This document shows positions 18,536 to 27,198 of a stretch of 64,000 nucleotides of DNA, one piece after another; position 1 is the first letter of the stretch; every line of letters starts with the position of its first letter. A program made the translations under genes and the position numbers. The stretch is from assembly GCA_947168365.1 (NCBI GenBank), contig CAMVLO010000012.1, positions 2,516-66,515 of the forward strand, read 5' to 3'. Below the pieces are notes generated by a model. It was not told the DNA's origin. It was given only the letters and a program-made list of their open reading frames with translations, and did not search any database. This stretch comes from an uncultured Bacteroidales bacterium. Lineage in GTDB: Bacteria; Bacteroidota; Bacteroidia; Bacteroidales; UBA3824.

Positions 18536-18600
18536 AAAAACCGGAAGATGTTTTTTTTTCAGAAATAAAAGATGTTAACAAAAATACATCTTCCGGATGT
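18536..18600 (-). terminator. Hairpin between gltD and asnB (possible terminator/attenuator)
   Basis: CCGGAAGATGT (18541-18551) pairs with ACATCTTCCGG (18586-18596). The loop is long (~34 nt). T-rich tail on the minus strand. Confidence 0.4.
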
Positions 18601-18645
18601 TATAAAAAACAGTTTATTTTTTTTGACTATGGATTGTAGCCTCGG

Positions 18646-19986
18646 TTAGCCCAACAGATATTTTTCAACATCTTGCGAAGCCTTACGACCTGAAGCAATG
18701 GCTCTTACAACCAAAGAAGCACCTGAGGCAGCATCACCGGCTACAAAAACATTTGGACCGAACTCCGGCAACTGAGGTTTCAAAAATCCCATCGCCAAAA
18801 GTACCATGTCACATTCGATAACTTCTTTTTTACCAGTAAGTTTCATGATAGGACGACCACCTTCGGGATTCGGTTCCCATTCCACTTCCTCAACTTCTGC
18901 TCCTGTAAGAACACCGTTTTTACCGATAAACTTATTGGTATTGAGTAGCCAACGTCTTTCGCAACCTTCCTCGTGAGCGTAAGAAGTTTTGAGGACAACA
19001 GGCCAATTAGGCCAAGGAGTAGCCGGATTTTCACCAACAGGAGGTTTCGGCATAATTTCAATTTGTGTAACAGACTTGCAACCCTGACGATGCGCAGTTC
19101 CGATACAATCGCTACCGGTATCGCCACCGCCGATTACCAATACTTTTTTGCCTTTGGCGTTTACAAGATTCTGTTTATCAAATGTTTCACCCATAAGAAC
19201 TCTGGTTTGCTGACCAAGCATTTCAAGAGCGAGGTAAACGCCTTTGAGGTCACGACCTTCAATTTTGAGATCGCGGGCCTGAGGTGTACCGGTAGAAATT
19301 ACGTAAGCATCATAACCTTCCGGAAGTTTTTCGAGGTCAACAGTTTTGTTGTAAACGAAATTTACGCCTTCCTGCTCCATGAGACTTATACGGCGGTCAA
19401 TCACACTTTTTGACAATTTGAAATTTGGAATACCGAAACGGAGCAAACCTCCTGCGGCTTCATCTTTTTCATAAACTGTTACAGAAAAACCTTTGTGATT
19501 CAACTGATTGGCAGCTGCCAAACCGGCAGGACCCGAACCGATTACCAAAACTCTTTTGCCGTTGCGTTCCGGAATTTCGGGCACGATATAACTTTCTGTA
19601 AAAGCACGTTCGATAATTGCACATTCGTTTTCACGACAAGTTACCGGCTCTTTAATTGAAAGATTCAGAACGCATGATTTTTCGCAAAGTGCAGGACAAA
19701 CTCTACCTGTAAACTCCGGAAAATCATTTGTTTTGGCGAGCAACTTGTAAGCAAGTTCCCAATCACCTTTGTAAAGTGCATCATTCCATTCCGGCTGTTT
19801 GTTTCCGAGCGGACAAGCCCAGTGACAAAACGGAACTCCGCAATCCATGCAGCGTGACGCCTGCTGCTGACGGTCTTTTGTATTTAGAATTTGTTCCATT
19901 TCAGAGAAGTCGTGAATACGCTCGTTAACAGGGCGAAGATCAGCTTCTTTTCTTGGAATTGATAAAAATGCTCTTGGATTTCCCAT
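18646..19986 (-). CDS. gltD: Glutamate synthase (NADPH) small subunit
   Basis: Fe-S Cys cluster region (CMDCGVPFC...CPLGN) and two Rossmann GxGxxG motifs (VIGSGPAGLAAA; VIGGGDTGSDC). Lies directly downstream of gltB. Confidence 0.93.
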   Translation of the reverse strand: MGNPRAFLSIPRKEADLRPVNERIHDFSEMEQILNTKDRQQQASRCMDCGVPFCHWACPLGNKQPEWNDALYKGDWELAYKLLAKTNDFPEFTGRVCPALCEKSCVLNLSIKEPVTCRENECAIIERAFTESYIVPEIPERNGKRVLVIGSGPAGLAAANQLNHKGFSVTVYEKDEAAGGLLRFGIPNFKLSKSVIDRRISLMEQEGVNFVYNKTVDLEKLPEGYDAYVISTGTPQARDLKIEGRDLKGVYLALEMLGQQTRVLMGETFDKQNLVNAKGKKVLVIGGGDTGSDCIGTAHRQGCKSVTQIEIMPKPPVGENPATPWPNWPVVLKTSYAHEEGCERRWLLNTNKFIGKNGVLTGAEVEEVEWEPNPEGGRPIMKLTGKKEVIECDMVLLAMGFLKPQLPEFGPNVFVAGDAASGASLVVRAIASGRKASQDVEKYLLG

Positions 19987-20022
19987 GATTTTAATTGTAA
20001 TTTTAAAATTGGAATTTCTATT

Positions 20023-23000
20023 TTAATAATCCCTCTGGATGTCAGCGATTTTGTCGCGAAGTTTTCTAAGTTGCTCTTCTTGAAGTACTTTCTTGTACTC
20101 GATAGGTACAACTTGAATAAAATCTTCAACACTACGATTCCAATCGTCAAGAATTGTGCGGGCAAGTTTTGATCCCGTGTAACGCCAGTGTGTAAGAATA
20201 AGTTCGTGAAGTTCTTTTCTGTAAGTACTTTCTTCCACGAGGCTCAATTCTACCATATCGGGATTACAGAAATAGTCAAAAGTATGTTTAGGATCCCAAA
20301 CGTAAGCCACACCGCCTGACATACCGGCACCAAAGTTACGACCAGTTTCGCCAAGTACTACCACACGTCCGCCTGTCATATATTCACAGCAGTGGTCGCC
20401 CGTACCTTCGATTACGGCAATAGCTCCAGAGTTACGAACTGCAAAACGCTCTCCTACTCTACCGTTGATATAAATTTCACCGCTTGTAGCACCGTAAAGA
20501 CCGGTATTACCGGCAATGATATTTTTCTCGGCAGCAAAAACGCTCGCCATCGGAGGAAGAATTGCAATACGTCCGCCAGAAAGACCTTTGCCGAAATAGT
20601 CGTTGGTCTCGCCTTCAAGTCTGAAATTAACACCTTTTACAAGGAACGCACCGAAACTCTGTCCGGCAGAACCTTTGAATTTGATATTAATAGTGTTTTC
20701 CGGCAAACCTGCTTCGCCAAATCTCTTTGCGATATAACCTGAGAGCATTGCACCAAGAGCGCGGTCTGTATTTTTTATAGAATAGTCAAGATTGATTTCA
20801 CGACCTGATTCAATTGCTTGTTTAGCCTGCTCGATAATTGCCAAGTCTTTTACTTCCGGAACTTTTGTAAATGCACGACCGTCCCAATGAAGCTGACCTG
20901 TACAAGGATTCAACAATCTTGAAAAATCAAGTGTTGAAATTTTAGAACCCGGAACCGACGGTTTTATCTTGATAAGATCTGTACGACCGATAATATCATT
21001 AAGCGATTTGAAACCCATAGCAGCAAGGTACTCACGGACTTCGCGTGCAAGGAAAGTAAAATAGTTAACGATATACTCACTTTTGCCACGGAAACGCTCT
21101 CTAAGAACAGGATCTTGTGTTGCAACTCCAACAGGACATGTATTGGTGTTACATTTTCTCATCATTACGCAACCCAAAACGATGAGCGGAAGTGTACCGA
21201 AACTGAATTCATCAGCTCCAAGCATTGCCATCAAAATTACATCACGACCTGTTTTGAGCTGACCGTCAGTTTGAAGTCTTACCTGAGCACGCAAACCGTT
21301 GAGCGACAAAGTTTGCTGAGTTTCTGCCAATCCGATTTCAGGACTGATACCGGCAAATCGCATAGAAGAAGCCGGAGATGCACCCGTACCGCCCTCAGCA
21401 CCGGAAACAACAATTAAATCTGCTTTGGCTTTTGCAACACCGGCAGCAATTGTTCCGACACCTGATTCTGCTACGAGTTTTACAGAAACGGCTGCTGTAG
21501 GATTGATATTTTTCAAGTCAAAAATCAACTGAGCCAAATCCTCAATTGAATAAATATCGTGGTGAGGAGGAGGCGAAATCAAAGAAATTCCGGGAATAGA
21601 ATTTCTGGTTTTTGCAATAATTTCGTTTACCTTGAAACCCGGCAATTGTCCGCCTTCACCCGGTTTTGCACCTTGAGCTACTTTAATTTGGATTTCTTCG
21701 CCGTTAACAAGATATTCAGCTGTAACACCAAAACGACCTGATGCCACCTGCTTGGTTTTTGACGCCAAAGAAACACCGTCAACAGAAGTGTGGTAACGTT
21801 CGTTGTCCTCACCACCTTCACCGGTATTGCTACGGGTTCCAAGTTTGTTCATTGCCAATGCAATTGCTTCGTGAGCTTCAATAGAAATAGCTCCGAACGA
21901 CATCGCACCTGCGACAAAATGTTTTACAATACTTTCTACAGGTTCTACTTGATCAACGGGTATCGGATGTTTACCTGTTTCAAAATCAAAAAAGTCACGG
22001 ATAAAAATCGGACTTTCTTTTTGATCTACAGTTTTTGTAAACTCTTTGTATTTATTGTAATTGCCTGTTCTTGTAGCAATCTGAAGTGTAGAAATTGTTT
22101 CAGGATTCCAAGCATGTTTGATACCGTCTTTTCTGTAAGAGAAAAGTCCCTGATTGCCCGGAAACTCCGGTTTGGAAGGCCCGAATGCTTGCTCATGAAG
22201 TTTTTTTGCATCATCGGCAATATGTCTCAAACCGATACCGCCGATTGTAGAAACTTCTGTTCCGAAATATTCACGGAGCAAATCTTCGCTCAAACCGATT
22301 GATTCAAAAATTTTAGCACCACGGTAACTGCGGATTGTAGAAATACCCATTTTGGACATTATCTTAAACAAACCTTTGCAAACCGCTTTGGTGTAATTCT
22401 TTTCAGCAGTTTCGTAGTCTTCCTGAATCTGTTTTGTTTTTACCAAATAATTGAGAACTGCAAAAGTCATATACGGATTGATAGCCGAAGCACCATAACC
22501 GAGCAACAATGCAGCGTGCATTACTTCACGAATTTCGCCTGACTCTACGATAAGAGCTGTCTGAACACGTTTTCCAACAGAAATTAAATAATGATGAACA
22601 GCCGAAACAGCAAGTAATGAAGGAATTACAGCAGTTTTAGCATCCAAATCCCTGTCAGAAAGGATAATATAATTGATACCGTTATCAACAGATTCTTCAG
22701 CCTTTTTGCAAAGTTCGTCCACAGCTTGTTTCAAACCGGATTCACCTTTTTTCGGATCGAACAAAAGCGGAAGTTTTGTTGTACGGAAACCTTTGTATCT
22801 GATGTTACAAAGAATATCGAGTTTTGTATTATTCAACACAGGATGCGGCAAACGAACCATCTTACAGTTGGATTCGTCCGGAGTAAGAATATCAGTACCG
22901 ACAGAACCTATATATTCAGTTAAACTCATAACCAACTCTTCACGAATAGGGTCGATAGCGGGGTTGGTAACCTGCGCAAACTGCTGACGGAAGTAGTTGA

Positions 23001-24510
23001 AGAAAATCTGAGGACGGTCGGAAACTACAGCCAACGGAGTATCGTTACCCATAGCGGCTACAGGTTCAGCACCCTGAGTACACATCGGAATAATAGTCTT
23101 TTCGATGTCCTCGCTTGAGAAACCGAAGTTGATAAGTTTGCGTTCAAAATTATCAACATCGTTACTTACCTTACGTCCTGATTTAAGATTTTCGAGCTGA
23201 ATACGATTTGTATTCAACCATTTTTTGTAAGGATGTTCGGCCGCAAGCTGCTGTTTGATATCGCCGTCGTAATAAATAACGCCGTCTTGAGTATCAATCA
23301 AAAGAATTTTACCCGGCTGAAGACGACCTTTTTGTTTAATCTGAGTAGGTTCAAAATCCATAACACCGGTTTCGGAAGCTACAACCATCATGTCGTTGTT
23401 GGTGATGACATAACGAGAAGGACGCAAACCGTTTCTGTCGAGCATTCCGCCGGCGTATCTGCCGTCAGAAAACAAAAGTGCAGCAGGACCGTCCCAAGGT
23501 TCCATCAAAATAGAATGATATTCGTAAAAAGCCTTGAGCTCGTCACTAATCGGATTTTTATCATTGAAAGATTCAGGTACAAGGATTGCCATAGCGTGAG
23601 GCAATGTCATGCCTGACATCACAAAAAATTCAAATACATTGTCAAGAGATGCCGAATCTGACATGTTGGGCATGCAAATAGGACGGAATTCCTTTACATC
23701 GCCAAGTTTTCCCGATGACAATACGGTTTCGCGGGCTCTCATCCAATTTCTATTGCCTCTGATTGTATTGATTTCGCCGTTGTGACAAAGCATACGGAAA
23801 GGCTGTGCCAATTTCCACTCCGGGAATGTGTTGGTACTGAAACGTGAATGTACAAGAGCAAGTCCGCTTGTCAAGTATTCGTTGCTGAGATCCAAATAGT
23901 ATTCACGGAGCTGCATAGAAGTAAGCATTCCTTTGAAAACTATCGATTTGCTTGAAAGCGAAACGATGTAGAAATCTTTGTCGTCAACTCTGTTTTCTAC
24001 ACGTTTTCTGATTTTGTAAAGCATAGTCTCAAACTGGTCAACTTTGTCGTCAGAAACACCGGTAATAAAAATCTGACGAATATCCGGCTCAGTAGCGAGT
24101 GCACCTTCACCAAGACATGCAGGATTGGTAGGCACATTGCGTAAGTGCATTAAATTGAGACCTTCGCGTTCAATTTCTTCAATAAAAATCTTAAGAATCT
24201 CATCTTGACGAGACAAGTCTTTCGGTAAGAAAACAAGACCTGTACCGTATTTACCTTTTTCAGGAACCGGAATGCCCTGAAGAAGAATAAATTCATGAGG
24301 AATTTGTAACAAAATACCGGCACCGTCACCGGTTTTTCCGTCCGAGCCTTCAGCTCCACGGTGCATCATGTTTTCCAAAACTTTCAAAGCATTATCGACA
24401 AGTTCATGCGACTTATTGCCATGAATATTTACAACCATACCTACACCACAGGCATCATGCTCGTTTTCAGAGTTGTAAAGTCCCTGAATACGCGGCATCA
24501 TTTTTTGCAT
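20023..24510 (-). CDS. gltB: Glutamate synthase large subunit
   Basis: 1495 aa with the Ntn amidotransferase start 'EHDACGVGMV', FMN/3Fe-4S central domains and a C-terminal GXGXG beta-helix region. Confidence 0.95.
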   Translation of the reverse strand: MQKMMPRIQGLYNSENEHDACGVGMVVNIHGNKSHELVDNALKVLENMMHRGAEGSDGKTGDGAGILLQIPHEFILLQGIPVPEKGKYGTGLVFLPKDLSRQDEILKIFIEEIEREGLNLMHLRNVPTNPACLGEGALATEPDIRQIFITGVSDDKVDQFETMLYKIRKRVENRVDDKDFYIVSLSSKSIVFKGMLTSMQLREYYLDLSNEYLTSGLALVHSRFSTNTFPEWKLAQPFRMLCHNGEINTIRGNRNWMRARETVLSSGKLGDVKEFRPICMPNMSDSASLDNVFEFFVMSGMTLPHAMAILVPESFNDKNPISDELKAFYEYHSILMEPWDGPAALLFSDGRYAGGMLDRNGLRPSRYVITNNDMMVVASETGVMDFEPTQIKQKGRLQPGKILLIDTQDGVIYYDGDIKQQLAAEHPYKKWLNTNRIQLENLKSGRKVSNDVDNFERKLINFGFSSEDIEKTIIPMCTQGAEPVAAMGNDTPLAVVSDRPQIFFNYFRQQFAQVTNPAIDPIREELVMSLTEYIGSVGTDILTPDESNCKMVRLPHPVLNNTKLDILCNIRYKGFRTTKLPLLFDPKKGESGLKQAVDELCKKAEESVDNGINYIILSDRDLDAKTAVIPSLLAVSAVHHYLISVGKRVQTALIVESGEIREVMHAALLLGYGASAINPYMTFAVLNYLVKTKQIQEDYETAEKNYTKAVCKGLFKIMSKMGISTIRSYRGAKIFESIGLSEDLLREYFGTEVSTIGGIGLRHIADDAKKLHEQAFGPSKPEFPGNQGLFSYRKDGIKHAWNPETISTLQIATRTGNYNKYKEFTKTVDQKESPIFIRDFFDFETGKHPIPVDQVEPVESIVKHFVAGAMSFGAISIEAHEAIALAMNKLGTRSNTGEGGEDNERYHTSVDGVSLASKTKQVASGRFGVTAEYLVNGEEIQIKVAQGAKPGEGGQLPGFKVNEIIAKTRNSIPGISLISPPPHHDIYSIEDLAQLIFDLKNINPTAAVSVKLVAESGVGTIAAGVAKAKADLIVVSGAEGGTGASPASSMRFAGISPEIGLAETQQTLSLNGLRAQVRLQTDGQLKTGRDVILMAMLGADEFSFGTLPLIVLGCVMMRKCNTNTCPVGVATQDPVLRERFRGKSEYIVNYFTFLAREVREYLAAMGFKSLNDIIGRTDLIKIKPSVPGSKISTLDFSRLLNPCTGQLHWDGRAFTKVPEVKDLAIIEQAKQAIESGREINLDYSIKNTDRALGAMLSGYIAKRFGEAGLPENTINIKFKGSAGQSFGAFLVKGVNFRLEGETNDYFGKGLSGGRIAILPPMASVFAAEKNIIAGNTGLYGATSGEIYINGRVGERFAVRNSGAIAVIEGTGDHCCEYMTGGRVVVLGETGRNFGAGMSGGVAYVWDPKHTFDYFCNPDMVELSLVEESTYRKELHELILTHWRYTGSKLARTILDDWNRSVEDFIQVVPIEYKKVLQEEQLRKLRDKIADIQRDY

Positions 24511-24548
24511 AGCGAATTAATTATTTTAGTTGATTTTTTTTAACAAAG

Positions 24549-24574
24549 GAAAAAAAGAAAGCCGGCAGGCTTTC
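24549..24574 (-). terminator. Terminator after glnA (type III), upstream of gltB
   Basis: GAAAGCC-GGCA-GGCTTTC hairpin followed on the minus strand by TTTTTTT. Confidence 0.65.
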
Positions 24575-24629
24575 GAATATAAAGGTGTGCATGCTTCCAC
24601 CTGCCGTACTTTCCAAAGTTCGGGAAATA

Positions 24630-26825
24630 TTAGCGAATGAACAATAGTTCTCGATATTTAGGTAAAGGCCAAATTTCATCATCCACAATCAATTCCAACT
24701 TATCGGCATGATAACGGATTGTATCAAAATAAGGAAGAACAGAATCGTGATATGCAATAGCCTTTTCTTTTTCAGACTCAATTTTGTTGGCAATCTTACG
24801 AGATTCTACCATAGCTTCTACAGCGTTTTGCAATGCAGAAACATGTTCAGAAATATGTTCGATAGTCTTGAGAGTCTGTTCACCAAGTTTGTCAGCTTTG
24901 TCCTTGCCGAATACAGTAACCAACTTGTTAGCACTATCAAGCAACAAGTTTTGATATCTTGTAGCAACAGGAATTACAGAGCTGATAATCAAATCGCCAA
25001 GTACACGAGCTTCGATTTGGATTTTCTTTGTATATGTATCCCATTTTACTTCGTTGCGGGCGATAAGTTCTTTTTCGGTAAATACGCCGGTAGAAGTAAA
25101 AAGTTTTACAGATTCCGGTGTTGTGTAAGCATCGTAAATTACCGGAACAGAAGTTTCACAATCCAAACCGCGTTTTGCAGCTTCAGCTTTCCATTCATCT
25201 GAATAGCCATTGCCGTCGAAACGAATTGGTTTTGAAACTTTGATATATTCTTTTATTACCTCGAAAATTGCTTGTTCTTTGGCAACTCCGGCAGCAATCT
25301 TGGAATCAACTGTTGATTTAAATTCTTTCAACTGAGCAGCAACTGCTGTATTCAATGCAATCATAGCCGAAGCACAGTTTGCAGAAGAACCTACAGCACG
25401 GAATTCAAATCTGTTACCTGTAAATGCAAACGGAGATGTTCTGTTACGATCGGTATTGTCAACAAAAACTTCAGGAATATTACCGATACCGAGTTGCATT
25501 TTTTTCTTTTCATCCAAAATGATACCTTCTTCGCAAGAAGCATTTTCGATTTTTTCCAACAAGCCAGAAAGTTGTGTACCGAGGAATGCAGAAATAATAG
25601 CAGGAGGTGCTTCGTTGGCGCCCAAACGGTGAGCGTTCTGAGCTGTCATTACAGAAGCCTTGAGCAATGCGTTGTTTTTGTAAACTGCCATAAGGATGTT
25701 AACCATAAAGGTAACAAACTGCAAGTTTTCTTCCGGATTTTTACCCGGTGTTAAAAGACCGACGCCGGTATCAGTACCAAGCGACCAGTTGTTGTGTTTA
25801 CCAGAACCGTTAACACCTGCAAAAGGTTTTTCGTGCATCAAAACTCTGAAACCGTGTTTGCGGGCAATTCTTTTCATGATAGACATGATAAGAAGGTTTT
25901 GATCAACAGCTAAATTAGTTTCGCCGAAAATAGGAGCTAATTCAAACTGGTTTGGAGCAACCTCGTTGTGACGAGTTTTACAAGGAATACCGTATTTGTA
26001 AGCTTCAAATTCTACTTCCTTCATAAAAGCTTGAACTCTCTCAGGAATAGCACCGAAATAGTGGTCTTCCAACTGTTGGTTTTTAGCCGATTCGTGACCC
26101 AAAAGAGTACGACCTGTCATAAGCAAGTCCGGACGGGCTGCATACAAACCTTCGTCAACAAGGAAATATTCCTGTTCCCAACCCAAATATGAGTACACTT
26201 TTTTGACATTTGTGTCAAAATAATGACATACCTCAAGAGCCGCCTTAGAAACTGCATCAAGAGCCTTGAGCAACGGAGCTTTGTAGTCGAGAGATTCACC
26301 GGTATAAGAGATGAAAACAGTCGGAATACAAAGAGTATCGTCAACAATAAAAGCAGGAGAAGAAGGATCCCAAGCAGAATATCCGCGAGCTTCAAATGTA
26401 TTTCTCAAACCGCCGTTAGGAAAACTTGACGCATCAGGTTCTTGCTGGGCGAGCAATTTTCCAGAAAATTCCTCAATCACGCCTTCACCGGGAGCACCTG
26501 CATATTCGATGAAAGAATCATGCTTTTCTGCTGTGCCTTCAGTTAAGGGTTGAAACCAGTGTGTGTAATGGGTAGCACCCAATTCGATTGCCCACTGTTT
26601 CATGCCGGCAGCTACCTGATCTGCTATGCTGCGGTCCAATGGTTTGCCACTCTTTGTGATTTCATTGATTTTTTTCACTGTATCTTTTGACAAATACTGA
26701 GACATCTGTTCTTTGCCAAAAACATACTTGCCAAAGTAGGCTGAAGTTGGTTCTGAAGGAACGTCAACTGCCACGGGTTCTTTTTTGAACGCCTCGCCTA
26801 CGACTTGAAATCTTAATCCGGTCAT
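24630..26825 (-). CDS. glnA: Glutamine synthetase, type III
   Basis: 731 aa, the size class of Bacteroides-type GSIII. Conserved 'NGSGKHNNWS' and 'HNEVAPNQFE' blocks. TAACTTTG box about 50 nt upstream; hairpin terminator downstream. Confidence 0.92.
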   Translation of the reverse strand: MTGLRFQVVGEAFKKEPVAVDVPSEPTSAYFGKYVFGKEQMSQYLSKDTVKKINEITKSGKPLDRSIADQVAAGMKQWAIELGATHYTHWFQPLTEGTAEKHDSFIEYAGAPGEGVIEEFSGKLLAQQEPDASSFPNGGLRNTFEARGYSAWDPSSPAFIVDDTLCIPTVFISYTGESLDYKAPLLKALDAVSKAALEVCHYFDTNVKKVYSYLGWEQEYFLVDEGLYAARPDLLMTGRTLLGHESAKNQQLEDHYFGAIPERVQAFMKEVEFEAYKYGIPCKTRHNEVAPNQFELAPIFGETNLAVDQNLLIMSIMKRIARKHGFRVLMHEKPFAGVNGSGKHNNWSLGTDTGVGLLTPGKNPEENLQFVTFMVNILMAVYKNNALLKASVMTAQNAHRLGANEAPPAIISAFLGTQLSGLLEKIENASCEEGIILDEKKKMQLGIGNIPEVFVDNTDRNRTSPFAFTGNRFEFRAVGSSANCASAMIALNTAVAAQLKEFKSTVDSKIAAGVAKEQAIFEVIKEYIKVSKPIRFDGNGYSDEWKAEAAKRGLDCETSVPVIYDAYTTPESVKLFTSTGVFTEKELIARNEVKWDTYTKKIQIEARVLGDLIISSVIPVATRYQNLLLDSANKLVTVFGKDKADKLGEQTLKTIEHISEHVSALQNAVEAMVESRKIANKIESEKEKAIAYHDSVLPYFDTIRYHADKLELIVDDEIWPLPKYRELLFIR

Positions 26826-26874
26826 TTTAGCTAAGTGTTTTTAATGGGTTATGTTTTACTTTTAATCTTCGTTG

Positions 26875-26882
26875 CAAAGTTA
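26875..26882 (-). promoter_or_regulatory. -7 box for glnA (type III)
   Basis: TAACTTTG on the minus strand, about 50 nt upstream of ATG 26825. Confidence 0.5.
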
Positions 26883-27110
26883 GAACAAAGAATTTAAAAA
26901 ACCATTAAATAAAAAACGTAAATCAAAAAAAAATTAAATAAGTTATTTACGTATGTTCGGTAAGTGTCAAGCGTAAGTATGGTAAGTAGCAATCGTAGAT
27001 TAATTTAGCAAGGATTACTTTTTTTATATTGGAATTAACTTTAATTTTTATTTTACTCAACTTTTTTTAATATAGCAGACTCTCAGTTCTGCCTAAACTT
27101 CAGATATTAA

Positions 27111-27159
27111 ATAAAAAAAAGAGTCCTGCGAAATCTTTATCAATTCCAACAGAACTCTT
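27111..27159 (-). terminator. Terminator after the protease-TerB gene
   Basis: AAGAGTCCTG / CAGAACTCTT stem (9 of 10 pairs), 21-nt loop, then a T-run on the minus strand (A-run 27111-27120 on +). Confidence 0.45.
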
Positions 27160-27198
27160 TGCTTATTTTACAATTAAATATGAAAATTATGATCGATA

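Noticed and set aside
16833-26825. glnA(III)-gltB-gltD-asnB cluster as something unusual
   Set aside because: All four proteins are full-length with canonical motifs, and the arrangement is ordinary nitrogen-assimilation gene clustering. It is reported as features only.
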